This document shows positions 19,684 to 30,203 of a stretch of 59,938 bases of DNA, in pieces. Below the pieces are notes generated by a model that saw nothing but the letters and a program-made list of their open reading frames with translations, made no database searches and was not told where the DNA came from. The stretch spans positions 1-59,938 of the forward strand of contig CAISKQ010000032.1 of assembly GCA_903885965.1 (NCBI GenBank). Reading direction: 5' to 3'. The translations under genes and the position numbers were made by a program. The stretch comes from an uncultured bacterium. Its GTDB lineage: Bacteria; Patescibacteriota; Minisyncoccia; Moranbacterales; GWC2-37-73. Numbering within the stretch: the first letter of the stretch is position 1; each line of letters opens with the position of its first letter.

Positions 19684-21228
19684 CTAAATTTTAATTCCAA
19701 TTTTTCCTAGTTGCTTTTTAATTTCTTCATTTAGCTCCTGCTCCTTTTCCATTTGTCCTTTCAGCTCTTGCGTCAAATCACCAATTTTTTTCTCAAATGG
19801 AATTCCATCATCAATTTCATCCGCAATGCCAACATATCTTCCGGGGGTCAGCACAAAATTATGCTTTTGGATATCAGAGAGAGTTGCAGATTTGCAAAAA
19901 CCTTTCACATCTTCATATTTGCTTTCCCTGCTTCGCCAATCTCGATAAGTTTCAGAAATTTTTTGCATGTCCTGATCAGTAAATTCCTTGTGCGTGCGGT
20001 CTGCCAAAAATCCAAGCTCACTGGCATCAATAAAAAGAATTTCCCCAGTTCTTTTACGATCGCCATTGCCTGAGCGTTTGCGAGAGATAAACCAAAGACA
20101 AGCCGGGATTCCCGTGTTGAAGAAAAGTTGTTTTGGAAGTGCAACCACGCAATCAACCAAATCATCTTCAATGATATTTTTTCTGATTTCACCCTCATTG
20201 GAAGTGTTGGAAGAAAGCGAACCATTGGCAAGCACCAGAGCCATCACACCTTTTGGTGAAAGATGATAAATCATGTGCTGCATCCAAGCAAAATTCGCAT
20301 TGCCTGTTGGAGGAACGCCATATTTCCAACGCGGATCATTTTTGAGAAGTTCACCAGACCAATCACTGTCGTTGAATGGTGGATTTGCCAAGATATAGTC
20401 CGCTTTGAGATCTTTGTGCGTATCATTCAGAAAAGATCCTTCGGTGTTCCACTTCACTTCTTGTCCGTCAATTCCCCTGATTGCCAGATTCATTCTGCAA
20501 AGATTGAAAGTGGTTTTGTTTGATTCCTGTCCATAAATTGAAATATCATCAATATTTCCCTTGTGCTGCTTCACGAATTTTTCACTCATCACAAACATCC
20601 CACCACTTCCGCAGGCTGGGTCATAAACTCGTCCCTTGTATGGCTCAATCATTTCAACCATCAACTTCACGATTGATTTCGGAGTGTAAAACTGTCCGCC
20701 CTTTTTTCCTTCAGCATTGGCAAACTCACCCAAGAAATATTCATAAACTCTTCCCAGGAGATCTTTCGATCGTGCAGCCGCATCGCCCAGGGCGATATTG
20801 CCAATCAGATCAACCAAACTGCCCAGAGCAGCTTTGTCCAAATTCGGACGAGCATAAACTTTTGCCAAAACTCCTTTGAGCGTTGGATTTTCTTTTTCAA
20901 TTTCTTCCATCGCCTCATCAATATCATTTCCCAAGGATGGAAGTTTTGCACGTGAATGAATGTATGACCAACGAGCCGTCAGTGGAACGAAAAAAACATG
21001 TTCGGCATCGTATTCATCCTTGTCTTCTGGATCAGCCCCTGCATAGTCGCCTTTTCCTTCTTGCAATTTTTCATGCAATTCTTCAAAAGAATCAGAAATA
21101 TATTTGATGAAAATCAAACCAAGCACCACGTGCTTATATTCAGCCGCATCAATATTTTTGCGAAGCTTATCAGCGGCCTTAAAAAGCGTCTTTTCAAAAT
21201 TTTCCTGTTTTTTATTGTCGTTTGCCAT
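19684..21228 (-). CDS. hsdM: Type I restriction enzyme, M subunit (N6-adenine DNA methyltransferase)
   Basis: 514 aa with the [11 protein letters not shown] motif and the ANPPFN catalytic motif. Confidence 0.95.
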   Translation of the reverse strand: MANDNKKQENFEKTLFKAADKLRKNIDAAEYKHVVLGLIFIKYISDSFEELHEKLQEGKGDYAGADPEDKDEYDAEHVFFVPLTARWSYIHSRAKLPSLGNDIDEAMEEIEKENPTLKGVLAKVYARPNLDKAALGSLVDLIGNIALGDAAARSKDLLGRVYEYFLGEFANAEGKKGGQFYTPKSIVKLMVEMIEPYKGRVYDPACGSGGMFVMSEKFVKQHKGNIDDISIYGQESNKTTFNLCRMNLAIRGIDGQEVKWNTEGSFLNDTHKDLKADYILANPPFNDSDWSGELLKNDPRWKYGVPPTGNANFAWMQHMIYHLSPKGVMALVLANGSLSSNTSNEGEIRKNIIEDDLVDCVVALPKQLFFNTGIPACLWFISRKRSGNGDRKRTGEILFIDASELGFLADRTHKEFTDQDMQKISETYRDWRSRESKYEDVKGFCKSATLSDIQKHNFVLTPGRYVGIADEIDDGIPFEKKIGDLTQELKGQMEKEQELNEEIKKQLGKIGIKI

Positions 21229-21391
21229 AATTATTTAAAAAGCTGTTACGTGACCTGCTACGCAGCAATTATTATTGATGTACTTCCTTATCCTACTCCC
21301 ATTTTTCCTCCTTGGAAAGGCCTAGAAAATATAAATTTAATCAAAAAAAGCAGAGCCGATGAAGCCCTGCCTTTTGGTTTTTCGAGAAATC

Positions 21392-21907
21392 CTAATAAGC
21401 TTCAAAGTTCACTGACCCATCAGCTGAAACCCCGAAACATGATCCGCGCAAGCTGATTGTGTTGCCAACTCCGGCATTAATTCGGTTTTTTATCATTGGG
21501 GCATCTGGCGAGGCTGCCCTGACAGCGATGTTGACTGGAAAAGCTTGCAGACCGAGGACTGTCGCCTTGGCATAGGTTCCACCTTGTGGAATTGTTTCCA
21601 CAATCTTAAAACGCCAATAGAGTGACTGCCTCGTTGACATGGTTGTCTTGCTGCATGATTGCCAATCAACTTTCATTTGACTGTTTGCAATGTCAGCATT
21701 TGACGCGTCTGTTGCATTTTGCTGCGCCACCACATCGCTTGCCTGCACAGTGTTCAAATGATTGACAGGTGCCTCTGGTTGACTAGCGACATTTTTTTGA
21801 ACTGTGGGAGCAACGACTGTTTTCTTTTTTGAGAAAAGCAGAAACACGCCTGAGACAAGTCCCAAAAAAATCACCACGCCCAAAAATATTTTTATTCTGT
21901 TGTCCAT
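21392..21907 (-). CDS. Membrane-anchored or secreted hypothetical protein
   Basis: I set the start at MDNRIKIFLGVVIFLGLVSGVFLL (signal anchor). The longer ORF would overlap hpf. Confidence 0.5.
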   Translation of the reverse strand: MDNRIKIFLGVVIFLGLVSGVFLLFSKKKTVVAPTVQKNVASQPEAPVNHLNTVQASDVVAQQNATDASNADIANSQMKVDWQSCSKTTMSTRQSLYWRFKIVETIPQGGTYAKATVLGLQAFPVNIAVRAASPDAPMIKNRINAGVGNTISLRGSCFGVSADGSVNFEAY

Positions 21908-21923
21908 TTTATTTTTACAACGA

Positions 21924-22289
21924 TTAAAATCTTGCAGCCGCATCAACCACGAGTTTTTTCTTGAGCGACAGTGCGCCGCGCTTTCGGATGGTTCGCACCT
22001 TGTCTTTTTGATGCACGATTTGCTCTTGAAGCTCTTCCACGGTCAAATCGATTGACGATTCGATGCTGTCAGTCGTGTTTTCACTGCGGAAAAGATTACG
22101 AGGAGTTTTGATCATAACCTCAACTCTGAATTTTCCTTTTTTGTCCAAATCAATTTCAACCTCAGTCTTCAAAACCTCTTCCATGAATTTTTTGTCCAGG
22201 GTGCTTAAACGTTTTTCGACATAGTCACGAGCCGTTTGGTCGACTACTACTCCCTTGAACAAAAATCTCAGATTTTCCGTGGTACTCAT
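21924..22289 (-). CDS. hpf: Ribosome hibernation promoting factor / S30EA family
   Basis: 121 aa. The pattern YVEKRLSTLDK...VEIDL...F.VEV is typical of HPF/RaiA. Confidence 0.75.
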   Translation of the reverse strand: MSTTENLRFLFKGVVVDQTARDYVEKRLSTLDKKFMEEVLKTEVEIDLDKKGKFRVEVMIKTPRNLFRSENTTDSIESSIDLTVEELQEQIVHQKDKVRTIRKRGALSLKKKLVVDAAARF

Positions 22290-22309
22290 ATTTTTTATAT
22301 TTAAAAAAA

Positions 22310-23239
22310 TTAGAATCCTAAATAGTTCACTTCTTCAACCAATTGAACTCCAAATTGATCTCTGACTTGTTGCTTCACATAGCTTACTAGCATTATAACA
22401 TTTTCTGCCGTTCCGTCACCAGTGTTAACAATATAGTTTGTGTGCTCCTCGCTCACTTGCGCTCCGCCAATCTTTTTTCCGCGCAGTCCTGCCTTTTCAA
22501 TGATCCAACCAGCTGGCACAACGCCACCTCGTGCAGCAACGCCTTTTTCTTGTTCAAATTCTTTCAGCAGTTGCTCTCCATTGATTTTTGGATTCATGAA
22601 ATATGAACCTGCGCTTTTGGCACCCTGCAAACCTTTCTTGGTTCTGCCCATAACCGTTTCCATAACTTTGGCCTTGCACTCAGTCGCGTCAGCCGGTTTC
22701 AATTTCAACGTGGCAGAAAGCACAATAAGGTCTTTGTTTTTTTTGAAGAAGCTTGAGCGATATGAAAAATCGCATTGCTCATTTTTGAATTTAACAATTT
22801 CCAACGTCTTACCATCGATTGCAGTCACCTCATCGACGTGGCTGCCTATCTCAGTGCCATATGCCCCAGCATTGCCGCGCACTGCGCCGCCAAATGTGCC
22901 TGGAACGCCAGCCAAAGATTCAATCCCGGAAAAACCATTTTCCGCCGAAAAATTCACCACTTTGATTAAGGGTGTCCCGGCGCTCACTTGGACCAACTGC
23001 CCACTGACTGCTATTTCGCTAATTTTTATCCTAATTATTAATCCATCAAAACCAGTGTCACTAATCAATAAATTTGTTCCGCCTGCCATCACATAAAATT
23101 CAATTCCCTTTTCTTTGGCAAATTCCAAAGCCTCTTTCAATTCTTCAACAGTTCTTGCGTCTACAAAGTATCTGGCTTGCCCACCCAGCCGAAATGAAGT
23201 TAGGGGTGCCAGCAAAACATTTTCCTGAATATTAATCAT
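22310..23239 (-). CDS. murB: UDP-N-acetylenolpyruvoylglucosamine reductase
   Basis: 309 aa with GGTNLL and SAGSYFMNP motifs. Confidence 0.92.
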   Translation of the reverse strand: MINIQENVLLAPLTSFRLGGQARYFVDARTVEELKEALEFAKEKGIEFYVMAGGTNLLISDTGFDGLIIRIKISEIAVSGQLVQVSAGTPLIKVVNFSAENGFSGIESLAGVPGTFGGAVRGNAGAYGTEIGSHVDEVTAIDGKTLEIVKFKNEQCDFSYRSSFFKKNKDLIVLSATLKLKPADATECKAKVMETVMGRTKKGLQGAKSAGSYFMNPKINGEQLLKEFEQEKGVAARGGVVPAGWIIEKAGLRGKKIGGAQVSEEHTNYIVNTGDGTAENVIMLVSYVKQQVRDQFGVQLVEEVNYLGF

Positions 23240-23322
23240 AGATTTTTTATTATTATAAGTTACATGCTTTAACTTTTTGAGAGCAAGCGCATAAGTTCTG
23301 AAATTTTTAAGCTTGTTAATTG

Positions 23323-26061
23323 CTAATTAATTATTGATTTTCGACGAATGTCTGACTTTCGCGATTCTTCAAGAATAAACACGGCCAAAGTTGTGATGAC
23401 CACAACAAGCCAATCTTGCCAGCCAATTTGCGACATATGCAAATACTGACGAAGCAAAGGCACATTGATAAGCAAAAGCAAAATGCCAACTGAAATTGCG
23501 ATAGCTCCGAGTGCATAAACATTCTTGAAAAAGCCAATTGCAAAGACAGAAAGGTGTTCACTGCGAGCTTGCAGCAAGTTAGCCATTTGAGTCATAGAAA
23601 GAACCGCATAAGCCGCAGTCGTCGACTTCATGTATAGTACGCTAGTAAAGTCAATTTTATTGCCAAAATCCCAACCACCTCTTTTCATCGACAAAACAAA
23701 CGCAATTACAGCCCCAACAGCCATCAAAAGCCCTACTCTAATCAACCTAAAAATGCCATTTTTGTCAATAACTTTTTCCCTTGACTTGAAAGGTTTCCTT
23801 TGCATGATATCTGGCTCAGAAGGCTCTAGACTCAAGGAAAATGACGGAAAGATGTCAGTGCCCAAGTCAATTGCCAAAATTTGAACAGCGGCAATAGGAG
23901 CAGGCAATCCCAGCAGCACGCCAATGACAACTGTGAAAAATTCACTGACGTTTGAAGTGAAAACATAATAAACAAATTTTCTCAAATTTTGATAGATGGT
24001 TCGACCCTCTTTGATTGCTTCTACTATCGAAGCGAAATCGTCATTAAGCAGAATCATGTCCGAAGCATCCTTGGCAACATCGGTTCCAATTTTGCCCATT
24101 GCAATTCCAATGTCAGCCCGCTTAAGGGCCGGTGCATCATTGACTCCGTCGCCAGTCATAGCGATCACATAGCCGCTTTTTTTGAGCGCGGTTGCAATTC
24201 GAAGTTTTTGCTGCGGCGCAATTCGCGCAAATGCAAGTTCCTTTTCTTTGATTTTAGCAATCAATTCCTTGTCCGACATTGTGTCGAGAGTCTTCCCATT
24301 GATAACTTCACCATCCGACGATTTGAGCAAGCCAACTTTTCTGGCAATCGCCCTGGCCGTGATTTCATAGTCCCCTGTTATCATAATCACCTTGATGCCA
24401 CTTTGGGTGCATTGAGCAATGGCTTTGTGCACATCCAGCCGTGGTGGGTCTATCATGCCCATCGTACCTACCCAGACTAAATCTTTTTCAGATTCATTTG
24501 CATATTGATCTTTGGATATTGCCGACAAGTCTCGCGTTGCAAAAGCCAGCACTCGCAGCGCTTGCTCAGACATTGAATTAAAACTATTTCTTGCTCGCTG
24601 CTTGTCCTGCTGAGTGAAAGGCAAAATTTTGTCTCCAACTTGTTTTTGAGTGCACAAGTCAATCAGCACATCTGGCGAACCTTTCACAAAAGATGTCACG
24701 CAAGCACTTTTCTTGTCTTTGAAAACCAAACTCATGCGCATTCTTTCCGAAGAAAATGGAAATTCATCAACTTTCGTTTGCCCTTTTTGGAAAAAATTCA
24801 AATCATTTTGCCATTTTTTTGCGACGACTAAAAGTGCTCCCTCGGTTGGGTCGCCAGTGATTTTGCACATCCCATCACTCTCATTAACATCGGCATCATT
24901 GCAAAGCACACCGATGCGTAATAGCTGCTGCAAATGTAAATTCGAAGTTGGATCAATCTTTCGCCCGAACAAAGAAAAACTACCCTTGGTTGAATATCCC
25001 TCACCATCAATCGTAAGCTCCTCATCACCACACAAGATGTTTGTAACCATCAATTCATTGCGAGTAATGGTGCCGGTCTTGTCGGTGCAAATGATGTCTA
25101 CAGAGGCCAGTGTTTCGACGGAATTTAATTTCTTTGCCAACACATTCCGCTTGAGTAATCTTTTCATGCCCAGCGAAAGAGCCACCGAAATTGCAGCTGG
25201 GAGTCCTTCCGGCACAACTGAAACGGAAAGCGCCAATGCAAACAAAAAATTGTCATAAAGCGAAGTCTTGGAATAGTATCCCGCAATCATCACCAGCGTC
25301 CCAATTGAAACAGCTGCAATGGTGACATCGCGACCAAGCACTCTCATTTGTTTTTGAAGTGGTGTTTCTTCTTCCTTAACTTCAGCAACCAAATTTGCAA
25401 TGTTTCCAAGTTGCGTCTTCATGCCAGTCTGCGCTACCATAGCCACGGCAGTGCCGCGTGTGAGCGACGTTCCCATAAAAATCATATTGTCGATGTCTAC
25501 CAAATTCAAGTTTTCACTTTCAATGGCTCCGATAATTTTTTTTCCAGCTTTCGATTCGCCAGTGAAAATGAATTCATTAGCATAGACATCATAACCTTCC
25601 AGCAAATATGCATCAGCCGCAACTGTGTCGCCAGATGCGATATATATTATGTCGCCAGGAACGAGAAATTTCGCATCAATTTCTTTGCGTTTTCCATCGC
25701 GCAAAACCACAGCCCGGTCACTGGCCAAGCGACGAATGTTCTCCAAGGTTTTTTCTGCTTTATACTCTTGAAAAAATCCAATTAATGCGTTAATGCCAAC
25801 AATGAGCAAAATGATTGTAGTGTCGCGATATTCATGGAAAAGAAAAGACAAACCTCCCGCCACCAGCAAAATCCAAACCAGTGCATCATTAAATTGATTT
25901 GTCAGCAACGAAAACCAGCTCCAATTTTGTTTTTTTTGAACCTCATTAAATCCGTGTTCCTTGAGCCTCGCCCCGGCACTTTCGCTTGTCAAGCCCTTGA
26001 TTGTTGAATCAAACTTTTCTAAAACTTCCTCTTTGGTCAGATTATATGTTTGTTTTTCCAT
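23323..26061 (-). CDS. P-type cation-transporting ATPase (type II-like)
   Basis: 912 aa with CTDKTGTIT, TGDGVNDAPAL and multiple TM segments. Confidence 0.92.
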   Translation of the reverse strand: MEKQTYNLTKEEVLEKFDSTIKGLTSESAGARLKEHGFNEVQKKQNWSWFSLLTNQFNDALVWILLVAGGLSFLFHEYRDTTIILLIVGINALIGFFQEYKAEKTLENIRRLASDRAVVLRDGKRKEIDAKFLVPGDIIYIASGDTVAADAYLLEGYDVYANEFIFTGESKAGKKIIGAIESENLNLVDIDNMIFMGTSLTRGTAVAMVAQTGMKTQLGNIANLVAEVKEEETPLQKQMRVLGRDVTIAAVSIGTLVMIAGYYSKTSLYDNFLFALALSVSVVPEGLPAAISVALSLGMKRLLKRNVLAKKLNSVETLASVDIICTDKTGTITRNELMVTNILCGDEELTIDGEGYSTKGSFSLFGRKIDPTSNLHLQQLLRIGVLCNDADVNESDGMCKITGDPTEGALLVVAKKWQNDLNFFQKGQTKVDEFPFSSERMRMSLVFKDKKSACVTSFVKGSPDVLIDLCTQKQVGDKILPFTQQDKQRARNSFNSMSEQALRVLAFATRDLSAISKDQYANESEKDLVWVGTMGMIDPPRLDVHKAIAQCTQSGIKVIMITGDYEITARAIARKVGLLKSSDGEVINGKTLDTMSDKELIAKIKEKELAFARIAPQQKLRIATALKKSGYVIAMTGDGVNDAPALKRADIGIAMGKIGTDVAKDASDMILLNDDFASIVEAIKEGRTIYQNLRKFVYYVFTSNVSEFFTVVIGVLLGLPAPIAAVQILAIDLGTDIFPSFSLSLEPSEPDIMQRKPFKSREKVIDKNGIFRLIRVGLLMAVGAVIAFVLSMKRGGWDFGNKIDFTSVLYMKSTTAAYAVLSMTQMANLLQARSEHLSVFAIGFFKNVYALGAIAISVGILLLLINVPLLRQYLHMSQIGWQDWLVVVITTLAVFILEESRKSDIRRKSIIN

Positions 26062-26074
26062 TTTTATTTTTATG

Positions 26075-27370
26075 TTAAATATTTCTTAATTTTTCAATGA
26101 ATTTCCGCACCACTTGAAGATCATCTCCCCATTTATTTTCATCATTCCTCCATCCCCCGTAATCAATGAGTTTAATATCGAGCTCGCCATTGTCACCCAT
26201 TTTAATGAATATATTGTCTCCCAAAACATCAAGCACGAAATTATGACTTTCATATATATTCTCAATACCCAATAAAAATCTTTCCAGTTTTTCTTTGTTT
26301 TCTTTTATTTTAAGAATTTCTTTAAATCTTTCACCGCCTATCAACTCGTCAACTGTTGCATTTTTCAATACTTGCGATTTTTTAAAATTTTGTCTTTCCT
26401 GCAAGACGTAAATCGTCCCATTAGCTTTAGATTCCAAAATTGCTTGCTTGGGAAGAAATTCTTCTCCAAAAGCTTCCTTGAAAATGGCATAACTAAAAAA
26501 TGATTGCTGCTGCTTTTCAGTATCCTGCTCATCTCTCATCTCTCGCATAGTTTTTAAAACATAGGGACTTTTTTCAGACACTAGCACATTCGAAAAATTT
26601 CCCTGAAAAACTTTGCCGTCCTTATCATCTGACATATCCCTTATGACATCCTTTATCTTCTCAACTCCCAAACCAACAAACTCTGCGTCGCTGAGTTCTT
26701 CCAAATCTACAGCTTGGCCAAGAATATCTCGCTTTTCAGCTTTTGCAAAATCAACAGTTGGGTCAGCCAATATTTCTGCATACTGCGAATCAGCCAATTC
26801 CATTCGCAGTAATTTTCCAAATACATTCACCAAATCTTTGCCTCCTTTTTTCCATAAGCTGTCATGATTTTCATCACTAATCCCAAGTTTCTCCCGATTC
26901 TTCTGGCGATCTAAATTTAAAACATCATGAGAACTTAAAATATTTTTCAACTCAACCATATTAATATCAAGTTGCAAATTTTCAGTTTTTTCCAAAAAAT
27001 CAGCTACCAGACCATCCTGCTCAAGATGTTTTCTTTCCATTTTTAGTTCATCAAATCTTTCACTCTCTTTCCCTGCATGTTCAATCAAATCATCAACCAT
27101 ATTTTTGTAGATTAATTTTTTTGTATCCTCACTAATTGGAATTTCCGCCATCTCCATTTCCCGCATTTTATTTTCAAATTCTTGATTCCTCTTAGTTTCT
27201 ACTTCTTCTAAATCATTATTGCTGTCAGCATTAAAAATTAGTAGTTCGCGATTGATTTCATCCAATCTTGCTGCTCTTTTTTCCGCTGGACTTTTTTCTG
27301 CTGCAGCAGTTTCCGGGGTTTCATCGAAACCACTTTCCTGATTATTTTGTTTTTGACTTTGTTGATTCAT
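26075..27370 (-). CDS. Hypothetical acidic protein with a possible minimal kinase-like C-terminal domain
   Basis: 431 aa. The C-terminus has YVLKTMRE, then LDVLGDN (Dx4N) and KLIDYGG (DFG-like). This is pattern recognition only. Confidence 0.5.
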   Translation of the reverse strand: MNQQSQKQNNQESGFDETPETAAAEKSPAEKRAARLDEINRELLIFNADSNNDLEEVETKRNQEFENKMREMEMAEIPISEDTKKLIYKNMVDDLIEHAGKESERFDELKMERKHLEQDGLVADFLEKTENLQLDINMVELKNILSSHDVLNLDRQKNREKLGISDENHDSLWKKGGKDLVNVFGKLLRMELADSQYAEILADPTVDFAKAEKRDILGQAVDLEELSDAEFVGLGVEKIKDVIRDMSDDKDGKVFQGNFSNVLVSEKSPYVLKTMREMRDEQDTEKQQQSFFSYAIFKEAFGEEFLPKQAILESKANGTIYVLQERQNFKKSQVLKNATVDELIGGERFKEILKIKENKEKLERFLLGIENIYESHNFVLDVLGDNIFIKMGDNGELDIKLIDYGGWRNDENKWGDDLQVVRKFIEKLRNI

Positions 27371-27400
27371 TTTATAAATTTTCTTAACTTAGCAAAAATT

Positions 27401-28588
27401 TTAGCAATCAGCTATTTTTGAAATCATGAGTGCTTTTAATTCTTCGTAAACCTCAACATTAATTTCCTTCACTCTTTCAAGCTGATGATTGTATATCTTC
27501 AAAACACTCCTTGAATCATAATCCAAGGAACTTATCAAAGCCTCATCTCCTGTTAAAAGAAAATTTTTGACAACTTCAACGTTATTCTTGAAATTTTCCC
27601 TAATTGTCTGGATGTTTTTATTGAGATTTTTTTTCTCTATCAATTCTTGGATGTCATCGCTGCTTGAAAATATTAAATCAATGCGCTTCTTTTCATTTTC
27701 CATTTCTTGGCTTGTAGCAAATCTTTCAACCCCAGAATAAAGCCTAGCGAGCAGTTCTTCAAAATTAACTTTCTCGAATAATTCCGCGTGTTCAGCGAGA
27801 AAATTTTTAGCTGCAATTTTATCAATGTCTTCATCTGGGATATCCTCACTATTCGCCTCATCAACAAGGCAACCAAGATTTCCAACAATATATGCAGGAG
27901 CTGCTGAGACGTCCTGAATTCCGACATATCTATACAATACGTCGCTATCGTCAACGCTCAAGACCCTGCAACCTTCAATTTCAGTTTCTTTTGGTTTGAT
28001 TTGTTTCACACTCTTATTTAGAAAATCGACATACCACCAATCTCCATTTTCAAGATGAGCGATATCAATAGCGTGGCCGACAGGACTTCCTAAATAGTTT
28101 TCGATGCCTGCTTTTTTCAATAAACATTGACCCAGCAATGATGCTCCTACACAATTAAAACTTTTGTGCTCTCGCATCGTCTTTGGCCAAGAATTCCATT
28201 TGGTGCTTTTTCTTGGCGGTTCCTTGAATTCAGAAACCAGTTTTTGAATTCGAGAACTACAAGTTTGAATGTATTCAACTTGAGCTGCACTTTTCTCCTG
28301 CGCATTTTCCGCTTCACTTATTTTTCTGATCAACGCTAAATCCGGCTCCAACCCCCAATCTTTCGCGAGATTATCAATCTCAAGATTCAAAGATTGACTG
28401 AACCATTTTTTGATTTCCGAATCATTCAGCTGGTCAACATTTTCCGGCACAGTTTCAACGCCGAGCACCATCTCCTTCCAAGCTAAAACCGCCTGCCTTT
28501 TTTCCTCAGCAGTAAGTTCTTTTTCTTTTTGATTTTGGATATTTTTTTCTGGAACCTGCATCGGATTTCCAAGATATTCCATCGACAT
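27401..28588 (-). CDS. Hypothetical protein with a transglutaminase-like Cys-His-Asp core
   Basis: 395 aa. FNCVGASLLGQCLLKKAGI ... GHAIDIAHLENGDWWYVDF fits a C...H...D papain/transglutaminase-like arrangement. Confidence 0.5.
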   Translation of the reverse strand: MSMEYLGNPMQVPEKNIQNQKEKELTAEEKRQAVLAWKEMVLGVETVPENVDQLNDSEIKKWFSQSLNLEIDNLAKDWGLEPDLALIRKISEAENAQEKSAAQVEYIQTCSSRIQKLVSEFKEPPRKSTKWNSWPKTMREHKSFNCVGASLLGQCLLKKAGIENYLGSPVGHAIDIAHLENGDWWYVDFLNKSVKQIKPKETEIEGCRVLSVDDSDVLYRYVGIQDVSAAPAYIVGNLGCLVDEANSEDIPDEDIDKIAAKNFLAEHAELFEKVNFEELLARLYSGVERFATSQEMENEKKRIDLIFSSSDDIQELIEKKNLNKNIQTIRENFKNNVEVVKNFLLTGDEALISSLDYDSRSVLKIYNHQLERVKEINVEVYEELKALMISKIADC

Positions 28589-28661
28589 TGATTTTTCTGT
28601 TTATAAAATACAATCTTAATCTAATTGAAAAAATTTATTTCAATAAACAATCTAGCATGTT

Positions 28662-30203
28662 TTAATTCCTCTCAAACTTATAAATCAAAATATTATTGTA
28701 TTGATCAACCAGTACTAAGCCTTCGGTGCCGAAATATTGATTGCTGCGCGTGAGGGGTTTATTAGAAATAATGAGCGCGTTTGGATCATTGCGGATGTCA
28801 TCTTGACTTTCCGTTCGCTTAAGATCTGGGCCGATTGCTGCCCAATATGATGGATTGTATTGCGGCCAGTCATAATTGAAAAGTGTCAATCGCTCAGCGC
28901 CAAGATAATATTTGGTAATCACATAGTCAAATGCTGTGAAAATGTAGAAATTTTTATTCTTGTATTTATCCATATGCAAAATCATCTCATTGTAGCCCTT
29001 TGAATTTGTAAGTGGAACGGTTTGTGAGATAAGACCAAGATATGCTCCAAAAACCAAAACCACCACAGCAAAATGCAATCTTGAAAGCCAAAGTCCGATG
29101 AAAATGAAAATGAAATAAGCCGCCGGAAGCAAATAGCGCGCCACGAAATATTGTTGGTCCGGAAGAGTTGCAGAAAGCGTGTATATGATAAACATGAAGC
29201 CTGTCGAAAAAACAAGCAGACTAATAACTTTCTCTTTTCTTTCTTTTCGCATCAAATAGACAATTCCGATTCCAAACAACATCGCAATGGCCATACGAAC
29301 TGAAATATGAGAAATGCCTAACAGCTCATTCGGCTGAGGCATTCCCGATGACATTTCACCAAGTGGAGTTCCAAACAAAAACATTTGAATATTGACCACA
29401 ATGTCGCCGAAACTTGCTGGCTTGACCCAACTCAGATTATTGCCCTTGATTGAAATATGATGAATAAACATTTTTAGCCATGGCAGAAAAACCAAAAAAG
29501 CTATTACGTATCCAAGCAAAATTTCCTTGGTAGGCAAAATATTTTTAATAATGACCTTAATTTTTTTATATATAGAATCTAAAACAGCCCAATTTATATT
29601 AAAAATTCCCCAAGCAACAAAAACAACGTAGTAAACAGATGAGAAAATTATTCCCATATAGTGCGTCAGCATCGACAAGCCGGTGAAAAAACCCCAAAAC
29701 GCAAAATATTTTTTTTCTTTAGTTTGTAAACCTTTCACAAAGAAATATGCGCTGATTAGAATAAGAAAAACGAGCATCGTATACATCCTAGCTTCTTGCG
29801 AATATTGAATCGCAAAAGGAGAAACTGTAGCAACCAGTGCAGCATAGAGTCCCACTTTTCGACTAAATAGTTCTTTTGCCAGCAAATAAAGCGCCCAAAC
29901 TGCGAGCACACCGAAAATTGCCGAGAAAAGTCGGATGCCAAAAACACTATAATTAAAAAAAGAAGAAAAAACTTTCAAGGCTGCATAATATAGCGGTGGG
30001 TGCACATCATTGATAATCATAATAATCATATCGTTAAAATTCTCCTTTACCGCCACACCTGTGAAAGCCTCATCATACCAAAAATCTCTTCGCACCAATC
30101 CCGTAAAACGATTGAAAACTGCCACGGCCAATATCAGCCAGATGTAATACCGCTGATATTGCTGATGAGATTTTTCCAAACTTGCTTTGATTTTTTTGAG
30201 CAT
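28662..30203 (-). CDS. GT-C fold glycosyltransferase (family 39 / ArnT-PMT-like)
   Basis: 513 aa with about 12 TM segments and the N-terminal loop RRDFWYDEAFT. Confidence 0.8.
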   Translation of the reverse strand: MLKKIKASLEKSHQQYQRYYIWLILAVAVFNRFTGLVRRDFWYDEAFTGVAVKENFNDMIIMIINDVHPPLYYAALKVFSSFFNYSVFGIRLFSAIFGVLAVWALYLLAKELFSRKVGLYAALVATVSPFAIQYSQEARMYTMLVFLILISAYFFVKGLQTKEKKYFAFWGFFTGLSMLTHYMGIIFSSVYYVVFVAWGIFNINWAVLDSIYKKIKVIIKNILPTKEILLGYVIAFLVFLPWLKMFIHHISIKGNNLSWVKPASFGDIVVNIQMFLFGTPLGEMSSGMPQPNELLGISHISVRMAIAMLFGIGIVYLMRKERKEKVISLLVFSTGFMFIIYTLSATLPDQQYFVARYLLPAAYFIFIFIGLWLSRLHFAVVVLVFGAYLGLISQTVPLTNSKGYNEMILHMDKYKNKNFYIFTAFDYVITKYYLGAERLTLFNYDWPQYNPSYWAAIGPDLKRTESQDDIRNDPNALIISNKPLTRSNQYFGTEGLVLVDQYNNILIYKFERN

